Origin: Candidatus Eiseniibacteriota bacterium | Lineage (GTDB): Bacteria > Eisenbacteria > RBG-16-71-46 | Reading direction: 5' to 3' | Assembly: GCA_963717935.1 (NCBI GenBank) | Contig: CAVQXP010000004.1 | Span: 1,369,280 to 1,433,279 of the forward strand | Length of the DNA stretch: 64,000 bases | In this document: piece by piece, positions 19,014 to 28,566 of the stretch | Layout of the letters: the number at the start of each line of letters is the position of its first letter | How positions within the stretch are numbered: the stretch's first letter is position 1 | Translations under genes and position numbers: made by a program | The notes under the pieces: generated by a model | Told to the model about the DNA's origin: nothing | Database searches by the model: none | The model's input: only the letters and a program-made list of their open reading frames with translations

Positions 19014-20098
19014 AGGTTCTGACGCTTCTGGGCACCCGCCCGGAGATCATCCGTCTGAGCCGGGTGATCGAGGGTCTGGACCGGCTGTGCCAGCATGTGC
19101 TGGTCCACACAGGCCAGAACTTCGACCCGAACCTGAGCGACATCTTCTTCGAGCAGTTGCGCCTGCGCCGGCCGGACCACCATCTCGGGGTGACCGGCGA
19201 GACGTTCGGTCAACAGATCGGCCGGATCCTGGTCGCGGTGGATGGTGTGCTCCGTGAGGAACGTCCGGATGCCCTGTTGATCCTCGGGGACACGAACACC
19301 GGGTTGTGCAGCATCCTCGGGAAACGGATGGGCATCCCCGTGTATCACATGGAGGCGGGGAACCGCTGCTATGACGACCGCGTGCCGGAGGAGGTCAATC
19401 GACGCGTGATCGACCATTCGAGCACGATCCTGATGCCCTATACGCAGCGCAGCAAGGAGAACCTGCTCCGGGAGGGCATCGACGCCCACCGCATCTACGT
19501 GACCGGCAATCCGATCAACGAGGTCATCCAGCACTACGATGCGGAGATCCGCGCCTCGCAGGTGCATGCGCAACTCGGCGTGGAGCCGGGCCGTTTCGTC
19601 CTGGTCACGATGCACCGCGCCGAGAATGTCGATGTCGATTCCCGCCTCAAGAACCTCGCCCTGGCGCTGGACCAGGTGCAGCGGAAGTACGACTGTCCGG
19701 TGGTCTGCAGCCTGCACCCGCGGACGAAGCACAAGATGCAGCAGTACGGGGTGGGGGTCGACAACGACCGGGTCCGCTTCACCACGCCCCTGGGGTTCTT
19801 CGATTTCGTGGCGTTGGAGCGCACGGCGCTCTGCGCGCTCTCCGACAGCGGGACGGTCCAGGAGGAGTGCTGCATCTTCCACGTTCCCACCGTGACGATC
19901 CGCGACGTCACCGAGCGGCCGGAGACCATCGAGTGCGGGAGCAACATGCTCTCCGGCTGCGAGCCGGCAGTGATCCTGCGCTGCATGGAGACGGTGCTGT
20001 CGCAGCCACCGTCGTGGGCGCCGCCGGTCGAGTACCTGGCGAAGGCCGTGTCGGCGACGGTGGTGAAGATCGTACTCGGCGGGGGGACGGTCGTGTAA
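19010..20098 (+). CDS. UDP-N-acetylglucosamine 2-epimerase, non-hydrolysing (WecB/FnlC family)
   Basis: MKVLTLLGTRPEIIRLS...VHTGQNFD...HMEAGNRCYDDRVPEEVNRRVIDH; 362 aa; ATGA overlap with upstream gene. Confidence 0.9.
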   Translation: MKVLTLLGTRPEIIRLSRVIEGLDRLCQHVLVHTGQNFDPNLSDIFFEQLRLRRPDHHLGVTGETFGQQIGRILVAVDGVLREERPDALLILGDTNTGLCSILGKRMGIPVYHMEAGNRCYDDRVPEEVNRRVIDHSSTILMPYTQRSKENLLREGIDAHRIYVTGNPINEVIQHYDAEIRASQVHAQLGVEPGRFVLVTMHRAENVDVDSRLKNLALALDQVQRKYDCPVVCSLHPRTKHKMQQYGVGVDNDRVRFTTPLGFFDFVALERTALCALSDSGTVQEECCIFHVPTVTIRDVTERPETIECGSNMLSGCEPAVILRCMETVLSQPPSWAPPVEYLAKAVSATVVKIVLGGGTVV

Positions 20099-20341
20099 GG
20101 ATCGTGGCCCTGGCCGCCGCGGGGTCGGCCTCCCCAACGGCCTTGCAGCGACCGCGAAAGTCGCGGCGCCACGGGATTGCGCGGTGGCTCCCGTCGTCGT
20201 CTCGCCATTCCCGCAAGGAAGGCGGTTCCGCCGCTGCCGCTCTCGGCCTTCCTCCCGGTCTACGACGAGCGGCCCCCTCGAAGCCTTCCTCGCGCCGCTG
20301 CGGTGGCACTTCACGGAGTGACGTTCCAGGACGACCGCCGT

Positions 20342-21784
20342 TTACTGGGAGGATGTGCGACCGCGGGCGGCTGCCGGTGCGGTGAGCAGGCGATGGGCAG
20401 CGACCATCAGGGCGAACATCATCCAGACCTGGAACGCGTAGTTGATGTTGCGCAAGTACTCGACCTTGATTTCGTCCACGAGGAAGATGAGCATCTGCAC
20501 GCGGGCGATGATCATGTAACTGCGCAAGAAGTCCGGGTGCCGCAGGTCGTCCGTCGTCGGCCGGGTGATCCGGAACAGGGTCCACAGCAGCCACGCGAAG
20601 ATGGCAAATCCGATGAAGCCCACGTTGTTCGCGAGATAGAGCGGAAGCGAGTGCGGCCAGTGGTAGACTTGGGTGCCGCTGAGTGGCGAGTAATAGGGCC
20701 CGTGTCCCAGGAGCGGATGCTCGAAGATGCGGTCCCAGGCTCGCGGCCACACCACCGAGCGGTTGTCGGGCACGAAACCGACGACGGTCGAGCCGGCGAG
20801 ACGCTCGAACAGGTCCCCCGTGCGCGTGTAGGTTGCGACGAACCAGTTCATGCCGATCAGTCCCGCGGCCACCACCCCGGTCGTGACGGTCACCCCGACC
20901 ATGGTGAGGCGACGCCGTACCAGCCACAAGAGGTAAAGGATTCCGATTCCGAGCGCGATGACCCCACCCCGGGTGACCGTCGCGAACATGACGAACACGA
21001 CCAGCGCCAGCAGGCCGCCGTACGCGGTGCGGAGCAGGATCGACTCCGCACGCAGAAGCAGGAACAGGATGAGCGGTACATAGATGGCGCAATACTCGCA
21101 GAGCAACTCGTAGTCATAGAAGGTGGAACCGACGCGGATGCCGAAGGCGGACGCGCCCGGGCTCGAGAGTCTCTCGAACTCGATCCAGCCGGAGATGAAT
21201 GTCTGGCCCGGATGGGTCATCTCGAAGATGGCGACGAGGCAGACAAGCAGCACCGAGATGGTCTGGAAGCCGAGCAGGCTCTCGAAGTCCCGCCGGGTCT
21301 CCGGAATGCTCGCGACCAGGTAGAACATGAGCCAGGTGACCGCCATCATCAGGAAGTTCCCGATGCCCTGAAACAGGCCCGCGCCGTCGAGGTTGTAGAA
21401 GGAGACGACGTAGGAGATGAACAGCATGACCAGCGGGGTGTCGATCGGCGAGCGCTGCGGCGGGGCGCTCTGCCGCAGCGAGACCCGCAGTAGCCAGATC
21501 ACCAACATCAGCGCGACCAAGTACACATTCGTGTTGCCGAAGGTGGTGGTGCGCGGGAAGGGTAGGGCGACGGCCATGATGCCCAGCCCGGAGGTCGTGT
21601 TGAGGCGCCAGGCCAGGCCGAACATCAGGAAGGCCGTGAGCACCGAGAGCACGCGCTTGTTGGGCATGATGTACTGGAGGCCCAGCACCGCGCCGGTGCT
21701 GGCCATGAGGAGAACCACGCCGACACGGTCGAGCAGCCCGGCCCGCGGGCTGGGTGACCGCGCTGGGCGGGGCGCGACGCTCAT
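20342..21784 (-). CDS. O-antigen ligase/Wzy-like polytopic membrane protein
   Basis: ATG at 21784 (MSVAPRPARSP...) inside ORF 20342..22645; ~10-12 TM helices with large periplasmic loop; start overlaps stop of upstream GT2 (ATGA). Confidence 0.65.
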   Translation of the reverse strand: MSVAPRPARSPSPRAGLLDRVGVVLLMASTGAVLGLQYIMPNKRVLSVLTAFLMFGLAWRLNTTSGLGIMAVALPFPRTTTFGNTNVYLVALMLVIWLLRVSLRQSAPPQRSPIDTPLVMLFISYVVSFYNLDGAGLFQGIGNFLMMAVTWLMFYLVASIPETRRDFESLLGFQTISVLLVCLVAIFEMTHPGQTFISGWIEFERLSSPGASAFGIRVGSTFYDYELLCEYCAIYVPLILFLLLRAESILLRTAYGGLLALVVFVMFATVTRGGVIALGIGILYLLWLVRRRLTMVGVTVTTGVVAAGLIGMNWFVATYTRTGDLFERLAGSTVVGFVPDNRSVVWPRAWDRIFEHPLLGHGPYYSPLSGTQVYHWPHSLPLYLANNVGFIGFAIFAWLLWTLFRITRPTTDDLRHPDFLRSYMIIARVQMLIFLVDEIKVEYLRNINYAFQVWMMFALMVAAHRLLTAPAAARGRTSSQ

Positions 21785-22455
21785 GCCCGCTCGAAGCGCT
21801 TGCGCAGCAGGAAGACGAGGTTGCCCCAGCCGTCGCGCCACCGCTGCAGCTTGACCTCGCCGGCGCGGACTCCGTAGGGGATGTGCTCCTCGCCGAAGCG
21901 CAGACCGCGGAGCAGGGCCTCGAGCTTGATCTCCTCGCTGAAGGCCATGCCGTCGGAGGTCAGGTGCAGGCGTTCGCGCGCGGAGCGCCGGAACACCCAC
22001 ATGCCGGACTGGCTGTCGCGAATGGGCCTCGAGAACAGCAGCGCCGCGGCGATCGTGAGCACGCCGTTGCCGATGCGGTTGGTGAGGCCCATGGCGCGCC
22101 CGTCGGCCAGCGGGAAACGGCTGGTCGAGAGGAAGTCGAGACGCCGCGCGATCAGGGCGTCCACGAGCCTGGGGATCTCCTCGGGGGGGTACGTTCCGTC
22201 GCCGTCCATCGTCACCACGATGTCGCTCTGGACCGCCCGCAGACCGGCCTTGTAGGCCGCCCCGTAACCGGACGTCTTCTCGGGCACGACACGGGCCCCC
22301 AGGGAGGTGGCCACTTCGGCGGTGCGGTCGGTGCAGTTGTTGTCGACCACCACGATCTCGTCCACCGCCCGCGGCATCCGACGGATGACCTCCCGGACGC
22401 CCTCCTCCTCGTTGTAGCAGGGGATGACGACCCCGATCGTGAGGTTGGAGTGCAT
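21781..22455 (-). CDS. Glycosyltransferase family 2, GtrB/DPM1-like polyprenyl-phosphate glycosyltransferase
   Basis: ATG 22455 (MHSNLTIGVVIPCYNEEEG...VVDNNCTDRT...VTMDGDGTYPPEEI) inside ORF 21781..23505; 224 aa. Confidence 0.75.
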   Translation of the reverse strand: MHSNLTIGVVIPCYNEEEGVREVIRRMPRAVDEIVVVDNNCTDRTAEVATSLGARVVPEKTSGYGAAYKAGLRAVQSDIVVTMDGDGTYPPEEIPRLVDALIARRLDFLSTSRFPLADGRAMGLTNRIGNGVLTIAAALLFSRPIRDSQSGMWVFRRSARERLHLTSDGMAFSEEIKLEALLRGLRFGEEHIPYGVRAGEVKLQRWRDGWGNLVFLLRKRFERA

Positions 22456-22779
22456 GGGCAGGGTGAGAACCTTCCCGATTTGGAGGGCGGCATGGCAGCC
22501 GCGGGCGGGCAGACTCGGGCGGGAGTCTAGCAGCGGCGCGCGTGGCCCGGCAAGGCTCGGAGGCCCCGCGGTCGCGGGGCCGGCCTTGGCCCGGCCCCGC
22601 GTGCGCCCGTATGATGGAGCATCGTCTGCAGGCACCATTCTCCACGCCGCCTCGGAACGAGGCGGCGTCCCCTCGCTGGAGGCCGCGGTGGAAGATTCAG
22701 GACAGCGAGAGATTCTGGCTCGAACGCAGGGGCGTCGTCGCCGTGGACCGGAAGCGGAGCCGCCCGGCGTGAGTCCCGC

Positions 22780-23499
22780 GTGACGATCGACCCCCGGAAG
22801 GTCGCGGTCGTGGTGCCGGCCTGGAACGAGGCCGGCAAGATCGGCGATGTGGTGCGCAAGGTGCCGCGCCGGCTGGTCTCGTGCGTGATCGTGGTGGACG
22901 ACTGCTCGAGTGACGGGACCGCGGACGAGGCGCGGGCGGCGGGGGCGGAGCGGGTCGTCCGGCACGAGCGGAACCGCGGCGTGGGCGCCGCGATCCGCAC
23001 CGGCCTCATGGAGGCGAAGCAGGCAGGCTACGAGTTCGCGGCCATCCTCTCGGGGGACGACCAGCACGAGCCGGAGGAGCTGCCGCGCGTGCTCGAACCG
23101 CTCTTCGCCGGCGAGGCCGACCTGGTGCAGGGCTCCCGCTGGCTGCCCGGCGGGGCCACCCCGGGCATCCCGCCTGCGCGCCGCTGGCTCACGCGCATCT
23201 ATCCGGTGCTCTTCCGGCTGGCCAGCGGCGCCCCGTGCACCGACGGCACCAACGGCCTGCGCGCCTTCCGCCTCTCGCTGCTCGACGACCCGTGCATCCG
23301 GCTCGAGCAGGACTGGCTCGACCGCTACGAGCTCGAGCCCTACCTGCTCTACCAGACCCTGCGCTGCGGCCACCGCGTGCGGGAGGTCCCCATCACGGTG
23401 CGTTACCATGGACGCGGCACCAGCAAGATGCACCTGCTGCGCGACGGCTGGCGCATCCTGCGACCGATCGTCTACCTGCGGCTCGGTCTCAAGCACTGA
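22780..23499 (+). CDS. Glycosyltransferase family 2, GtrB/DPM1-like polyprenyl-phosphate glycosyltransferase
   Basis: VAVVVPAWNEAGKIGDVV...VVDDCSSDGT...ILSGDDQHEPEEL; divergent from the 21781..22455 paralogue across a 325-bp promoter region. Confidence 0.75.
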   Translation: MTIDPRKVAVVVPAWNEAGKIGDVVRKVPRRLVSCVIVVDDCSSDGTADEARAAGAERVVRHERNRGVGAAIRTGLMEAKQAGYEFAAILSGDDQHEPEELPRVLEPLFAGEADLVQGSRWLPGGATPGIPPARRWLTRIYPVLFRLASGAPCTDGTNGLRAFRLSLLDDPCIRLEQDWLDRYELEPYLLYQTLRCGHRVREVPITVRYHGRGTSKMHLLRDGWRILRPIVYLRLGLKH

Positions 23500-23518
23500 T
23501 CCCACCCGGAGGATTCAG

Positions 23519-24526
23519 ATGACGTCGAATCGACCTGAGGAGAAGGGTCCAGCCGCAAGCGGAGTCCACACGCTGGCGGGTCGCCGCGTGCTGGTCACGG
23601 GCGGAGCGGGTTTCGTGGGCTGCAACCTGGTGCGCCGCCTGCTGCGCGAGGGGGCCCGGGTCACGGTCCTGGACGACCTCTTCACCGGGCGCCGCGAGAA
23701 CCTGCCCGAATCGGGCTTCGAGTTCGTGCACGGCTCGGTCTGCGATTCGCCGGCGGTGGAGCGGCTGGTGGGGCTGAGCGAGGTCATCATCCACGCCGCC
23801 GCGCGCAACATCGTGGTGTCCACGCGCGACCCTCGCGAGGACTACGAGACCAACATCGGCGGCACGCTCAACGTGCTGCTGGCCGCGCGCGCCGCGGGCG
23901 GCCGGCGGATCGTCTACACGTCTTCCACCTCGGTCTACGGCAACCCCCGCTACATGCCGGTCAACGAGGACGACCACCTCTCCCTGCTCACGCCCTACGC
24001 CGTCTCGAAGCTCGCGGGCGAGAACTACTGCATGGCGTTCTACGAGTCCTACGGGTTGACGACGACTGCCGTGCGCTACTCGAACATCTTCGGTCCGGGG
24101 CAGGACCCGGCGAACCCCTATTGCGGCGTGGTCGCCAAGTTCGCCGAGGCGTTGTTCGCGGGGAAGCCGCCCGTCATCCACGGCGACGGCAACCAGACGC
24201 GCGACTTCACCTTCATCGACGACGCGGTCGAGGCGACCCTGTTGGCCGCGACCTCGGAGCGGGCCATCGGCGAGGTCTTCAACGTGGGCACGGGTGTCGA
24301 GACCCGCGTGAACCAGCTCGCGGAGATCCTCATCCGCACGATCGGGGTGGACGCCGTGCCGGTGCACAACGACCGGCGTGACGTGGACAACATCCGCCGG
24401 CGCGTCGTCAGCATCGAGAAGGCCCGGCGCGCGCTGCGCTGGGTGCCGGAAGTGACGCTGGAGGAGGGCCTGCGGCGCACGGTGGAGTGGCAGCGCGGAG
24501 TGCAGGAGCGGGGCGTTGCGCGTTGA
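23519..24526 (+). CDS. NAD-dependent epimerase/dehydratase (UDP-glucuronate decarboxylase/4-epimerase-like SDR)
   Basis: ATG 23519 with GGAGG RBS; RVLVTGGAGFVGCNLV...YAVSKLAGE; 335 aa within ORF 22910..24526. Confidence 0.85.
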   Translation: MTSNRPEEKGPAASGVHTLAGRRVLVTGGAGFVGCNLVRRLLREGARVTVLDDLFTGRRENLPESGFEFVHGSVCDSPAVERLVGLSEVIIHAAARNIVVSTRDPREDYETNIGGTLNVLLAARAAGGRRIVYTSSTSVYGNPRYMPVNEDDHLSLLTPYAVSKLAGENYCMAFYESYGLTTTAVRYSNIFGPGQDPANPYCGVVAKFAEALFAGKPPVIHGDGNQTRDFTFIDDAVEATLLAATSERAIGEVFNVGTGVETRVNQLAEILIRTIGVDAVPVHNDRRDVDNIRRRVVSIEKARRALRWVPEVTLEEGLRRTVEWQRGVQERGVAR

Positions 24527-24996
24527 ACCAGGGCGGCCGGCGGCGGCCACCCGTGGCCTCCGCCGGGTCCCGGTGACCCGGTCGGGCACCGTTTGCGACC
24601 GCCCGGTCTGCACCGGTGGCGGGATCTGGACAGCCTGTCCCGGTCGCCGGGGCGGGCCCGAGCGGGCCCGCCTGGCGGTGGGGCCGGGTGGAGGCGGGTG
24701 GTCCGGGCGCCGGGAACTCGTGGCCGACCCAAGGTTTGCCTTGCGCCTGCCGTCAGCGATTTGATAACATTCTTGCGTTGTGAGGGCCCCGTCGAGTTCC
24801 CAGTGGAGGAGGCGCTAGCGCTCCGTTGCTACAGCGGTTCGCCGTAGGATCGGCCAACACGTTGGTCGCCCGAACGACCTGGCCACCTACCGAGCCCAGG
24901 ATATGCTTCCGAGGATCGACAACTTGCGGTTTCCCCCCCTGTTGCTCGTGGTCGGTCAGACCGGGTCCGAGTGCGATTGCATTAGGCGAGAGCTTT

Positions 24997-25026
24997 GAGC
25001 CGAGGGTTTCTCCACACCCTCGGCTC
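24997..25026 (+). terminator. Perfect 11-bp GC-rich stem-loop (gagccgagggt-ttctccac-accctcggctc) followed by TTGCTT, 37 nt upstream of the phosphoglycosyltransferase start; terminator/attenuator candidate
   Basis: Read directly from sequence; lies in a 535-bp gene-free leader. Confidence 0.4.
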
Positions 25027-25062
25027 TTGCTTCGCGGGCAACGCAACAGAGAGCAAGCATCT

Positions 25063-25983
25063 ATGGAGCCCAACATCCTCGCCTCCACGCACAAGAGCGC
25101 GGCTCCGGGCGCCGACGGCTGGCCCCCCCAGCTGGGTGAGTCCGCGCGGGTATCCCCCCGGGACGGGACGGCGGCCGTTTCGAGGCCCGTGGTTGCGACC
25201 GGCACACACGCGATGGCAGGCCTCAGCGGCGCGGCCGCGGCCGTCCGTAACGGCGGGAACGGCCCCGTGAGAGCGAACGGAAACGGCAACGGCAACGCCG
25301 GCTGGCCCGAGTTGGTCCTGCTCCCGGGCGGCGCGCTCGCCCGGGCCCTCCCGGCCTACGAAGCACCGGCCGAGACCGGCCTGTACCTGTGCTTCGGCAA
25401 GCGCTTGCTCGACCTCCTGGGTGCGTCGCTCGGCCTCCTCCTCAGCTCGCCGTTGCTGTTGATCGCCGCGATCCTCATCAAGCTCGAATCTCGCGGGCCC
25501 GTGATCTACAAGTCCGTCCGCGTCGGCCGCGGCGCGCGGCCCTTCACCTTCTTGAAGCTGCGCTCGATGGTGGACGGAGCGGACCAGCACCGGCACAAGC
25601 TCTCCCACCTGAACGAGACCGACGGTCCGGTCTTCAAGATCGCGGCCGACCCCCGCATGACACGCGTCGGCCGGCTGCTGCGCGTGACCAGCATCGACGA
25701 GATCCCACAGCTCTGGAACGTGCTCCGGGGTGAGATGAGCCTCGTCGGGCCGCGCCCGCCCATCGCCGAGGAGGTCGTGCAGTACGAGCCCTGGCAGCTG
25801 CGTCGGCTGGACGTGGTGCCGGGCATCACGTGCCTCTGGCAGATCAGCGGCCGCAGCCGCATCGGTTTCCAGGAGTGGATGCGGCTCGATCTGGAGTACA
25901 TCCGGCACCGCTCGTTCTGGCTCGACCTGAAGATCCTGATTCGGACGATCCCCGCGGTGCTGTCCCGCGAGGGCGCCTTCTGA
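25063..25983 (+). CDS. Monotopic phosphoglycosyltransferase (bacterial sugar transferase, PglC/WcaJ C-domain type) initiating on undecaprenyl-phosphate
   Basis: ATG 25063 inside ORF 24826..25983; core KRLLDLLGASLGLLLSSPLLLIAAILIKLESRGPVIYKSVRVGRGARPFTFLKLRSM...PQLWNVLRGEMSLVGPRP; N-terminal ~100 aa low-complexity (NGNGNGN). Confidence 0.8.
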   Translation: MEPNILASTHKSAAPGADGWPPQLGESARVSPRDGTAAVSRPVVATGTHAMAGLSGAAAAVRNGGNGPVRANGNGNGNAGWPELVLLPGGALARALPAYEAPAETGLYLCFGKRLLDLLGASLGLLLSSPLLLIAAILIKLESRGPVIYKSVRVGRGARPFTFLKLRSMVDGADQHRHKLSHLNETDGPVFKIAADPRMTRVGRLLRVTSIDEIPQLWNVLRGEMSLVGPRPPIAEEVVQYEPWQLRRLDVVPGITCLWQISGRSRIGFQEWMRLDLEYIRHRSFWLDLKILIRTIPAVLSREGAF

Positions 25984-26347
25984 TCCCGCCCGCCGGACCG
26001 GAGTAGCCGCCGAGGACCCGCCGCCGGCCGACCGGCCGTCGCGCCCCCGTCTCCGTACCCTGCCCGCGATCTCATCGCCAGCGTGCTCACCGTGGGTGCA
26101 GAATGGCCGATCTCCTAGTAGTATCAGGCTCCGCTCTTCGTGGACCGGTTCTGGCCAGGCTTCGTGGGACAGCCTCGGCATCTGGAGCGGGAGCTGGACG
26201 GGAGATGGATGGGCGCGCGCGGTGCGTGGATCGCACTCAGCCGCCCCACGATCCCCAACAGATGGGCGCCTGCAACGGCAGGCGCTTCCTGGAGGCCATG
26301 GCGTGGGAGGACTCTGCGGTGGAGTCGCTCCGCGCCTACCGGACCCT

Positions 26348-27547
26348 GTGCGAGCCAAGACCGAACGCCTGAGGCTGCTGCTGGTCGAGAGCGGCACCGC
26401 CGTCGGCGGCACCGAGCGGGTGGTGTGGGAGCTGGCCACGCGCCTGCCCCGCGCCCGCTGGGACGTGCGCGTGTGGCTCTCGCCGGTGCCGGGCGTGGAC
26501 GAGTTCGCCAGCGCCCTCGAGGCTCACGGCCTCCCGGTCACCCGGGTCGCCGAGGTGGATTCGCGCTGGGACTGGCCCTGCATGCTGGGGACCTGGCGGC
26601 GACTCCGGCGCGAGCGGCCCGACCTGCTTCACGTCCACCATGTGTGGCCCGCGGCCGACCGCTACCTCGCGACGCTGGCGGAGGCCGCAGGCGTGCCCCA
26701 CCTGGTGGTGACCGAGCACATCGAGGGTCACGCGCACTCCACCGCGCAGGGCCGGCTCAAGCGGCGCGAGCTCGCGCGGGCCGAGGTCGTCACGGCGGTC
26801 AGCGCGGCGGTGGCCGATTCGCTGATGCGTGATTATGGCGTGGACCGCGCGCGGGTGCGGGTCGTGCCGAATGGCGCCGAGTTGCCGGACGAGGATGCCG
26901 AGCAGCCCGCGGCGCGGCGCGTGCGCGAGCAACTCGGCGCGGGCGCGCTGCGGCCGCTGTGGGTATGTGCGGGGCGGCTCGAGCACCAGAAGGGCCAGGA
27001 CGTGCTGCTCGACGCGCTGGCGGAGGTCCGCCGGCGGGGGCTCGAGTTCGTGGCGGCGCTGGCGGGCGAAGGCTCGCTGCGCGGAGCGCTCGAGCAGCGA
27101 GCCCGCTCGCTCGGGATCGAGGCCAACGTGCGCTTCCTCGGGCAGGTCGAGGACCTGGGCCCGTTGCTCACCGCCGCGGACGCGGTGGTGCTGCCGTCGC
27201 GCTGGGAGGGCATGCCGCTCGTGCTGCTCGAGGCGCTGGCGCGCGCGCGCCCGGTGGTGGCGAGCGCGGTGGGCGGCGTGCCCGAGGTGGTGACGGACGG
27301 AGAGCACGCGCGGCTCGTGCCGCCCGAGGACGCCCGCGCTCTCGCCGAGGCGCTCGAGGACTTCCATCGCCATCCCGACCCGGCGCTGCGCCTGGGGCGC
27401 CACGCGGCGGCGCGGGTGCGAGAGAGCTTCACCTGGCCGCGCGTGGTCGAAGCCTTCGAGTCGGTGTACGACGAGGTGCTGGGCCTCGCGAGCTTCGCCG
27501 TCGAGGACGCCCGCACGCCGGACGCCGGACGCGGGGGCCCGCGATGA
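26348..27547 (+). CDS. Glycosyltransferase family 4
   Basis: GTG 26348 (MRAKTERLRLLLVESGTAVGGTER...) inside ORF 26096..27547; C-domain SRWEGMPLVLLEALARARPVVAS. Confidence 0.8.
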   Translation: MRAKTERLRLLLVESGTAVGGTERVVWELATRLPRARWDVRVWLSPVPGVDEFASALEAHGLPVTRVAEVDSRWDWPCMLGTWRRLRRERPDLLHVHHVWPAADRYLATLAEAAGVPHLVVTEHIEGHAHSTAQGRLKRRELARAEVVTAVSAAVADSLMRDYGVDRARVRVVPNGAELPDEDAEQPAARRVREQLGAGALRPLWVCAGRLEHQKGQDVLLDALAEVRRRGLEFVAALAGEGSLRGALEQRARSLGIEANVRFLGQVEDLGPLLTAADAVVLPSRWEGMPLVLLEALARARPVVASAVGGVPEVVTDGEHARLVPPEDARALAEALEDFHRHPDPALRLGRHAAARVRESFTWPRVVEAFESVYDEVLGLASFAVEDARTPDAGRGGPR

Positions 27548-28566
27548 GGATCGGGGTGGTGGTGTCGTGCTACCGGCAGGAGCGGTTCCTCGCCCGGACC
27601 GTGGCGGCGATCGAGCGCGCGCTCGAAGGCGAGGACTGGCAGGGCGTGCTGGAGTTCGCCGCGCCGTCGGACGAGCCGCTGCCCCCGCGTTCGGGACGCT
27701 GGCGGGTGATCTCGAGCTTCGACCCGGTGACGCGGCGTCCGTCGCGTCCGCTCACGCCGGGCGCGGGCCGCATGCTGGGCTTCGCCGCCTGCGGGGGCGA
27801 CTGGGTGTTGTTCGCGGACTCCGACATGGAGCTCGACGCCTCCTGGGTGCGCGCGATCATCGCGACCGCGGCCCGCGAGCCCCGGCTGGGCGGGATCGGT
27901 GGCCGGATCGAGGAGTGGTTCGTGGATGGCCCCGTGGAGCGGCCGGGCAAGCACGACATGTACGGCACGGGAGACCGCGACCGCGCCGTGGGCTATTTCG
28001 GGAACGTCGCCTTCTACCGGCGCGAGGCGCTGGCCGCCGCCGGCGGCTACGACGTGCGGCTCAGCTCGGACGAGGATTTCGAGCTGGGCATGAGGCTCCG
28101 CTGGCTGGGGTTCGAGTTGCGCTCGCTGGGCGTGCGCGCCGGCCGGCACTGGAGCGCGCCGCGCCCGAGCTTCCCGGAGCTCTCCCGCCGCTGGCGGACG
28201 GGGCTGTGCTTCGGGCAGGGCCAGGTGTTGAGGCTCTATCTCGGGCGCCGCGGATTCGGCACGCTGCTCGGGAGGCAATGGCTCTACATCGCCACGCTCG
28301 GGATCTGGTCGCTGGGCGTGGCGACGCTCGTGGCGTGGCTCGTGTCGGGTGACCCTCGCCTGCTCGCGCGCTGGGTGGTGCTCCTGCTGGCGTTGCTCGC
28401 GTTCATGACCGTCCGCAAGCGGAGCCCGCGGCTCGCGGTGCATTCGCTGCTCACCTGGACCCTGAACGGGCTCGGTATGCTGGTCGGGTTGACGCGGCCG
28501 CCGCGCGCGGAGCGACCGGCGGTCGCCGGCGCCGCGGGGCCCGGTGGCGGGGAGGCGGCATGCTGA
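27544..28566 (+). CDS. Glycosyltransferase family 2 with C-terminal TM helices
   Basis: ATG 27544 (MRIGVVVSCYRQERFLARTV...) overlapping upstream stop; DSD motif; hydrophobic C-terminus. Confidence 0.75.
   Translation: MRIGVVVSCYRQERFLARTVAAIERALEGEDWQGVLEFAAPSDEPLPPRSGRWRVISSFDPVTRRPSRPLTPGAGRMLGFAACGGDWVLFADSDMELDASWVRAIIATAAREPRLGGIGGRIEEWFVDGPVERPGKHDMYGTGDRDRAVGYFGNVAFYRREALAAAGGYDVRLSSDEDFELGMRLRWLGFELRSLGVRAGRHWSAPRPSFPELSRRWRTGLCFGQGQVLRLYLGRRGFGTLLGRQWLYIATLGIWSLGVATLVAWLVSGDPRLLARWVVLLLALLAFMTVRKRSPRLAVHSLLTWTLNGLGMLVGLTRPPRAERPAVAGAAGPGGGEAAC

Noticed and set aside
20099-20341. Short hairpin ccgcga-aag-tcgcgg (~20150-20164) between convergent genes as a terminator
   Set aside because: 6-bp stem, no U-tract; too weak to call
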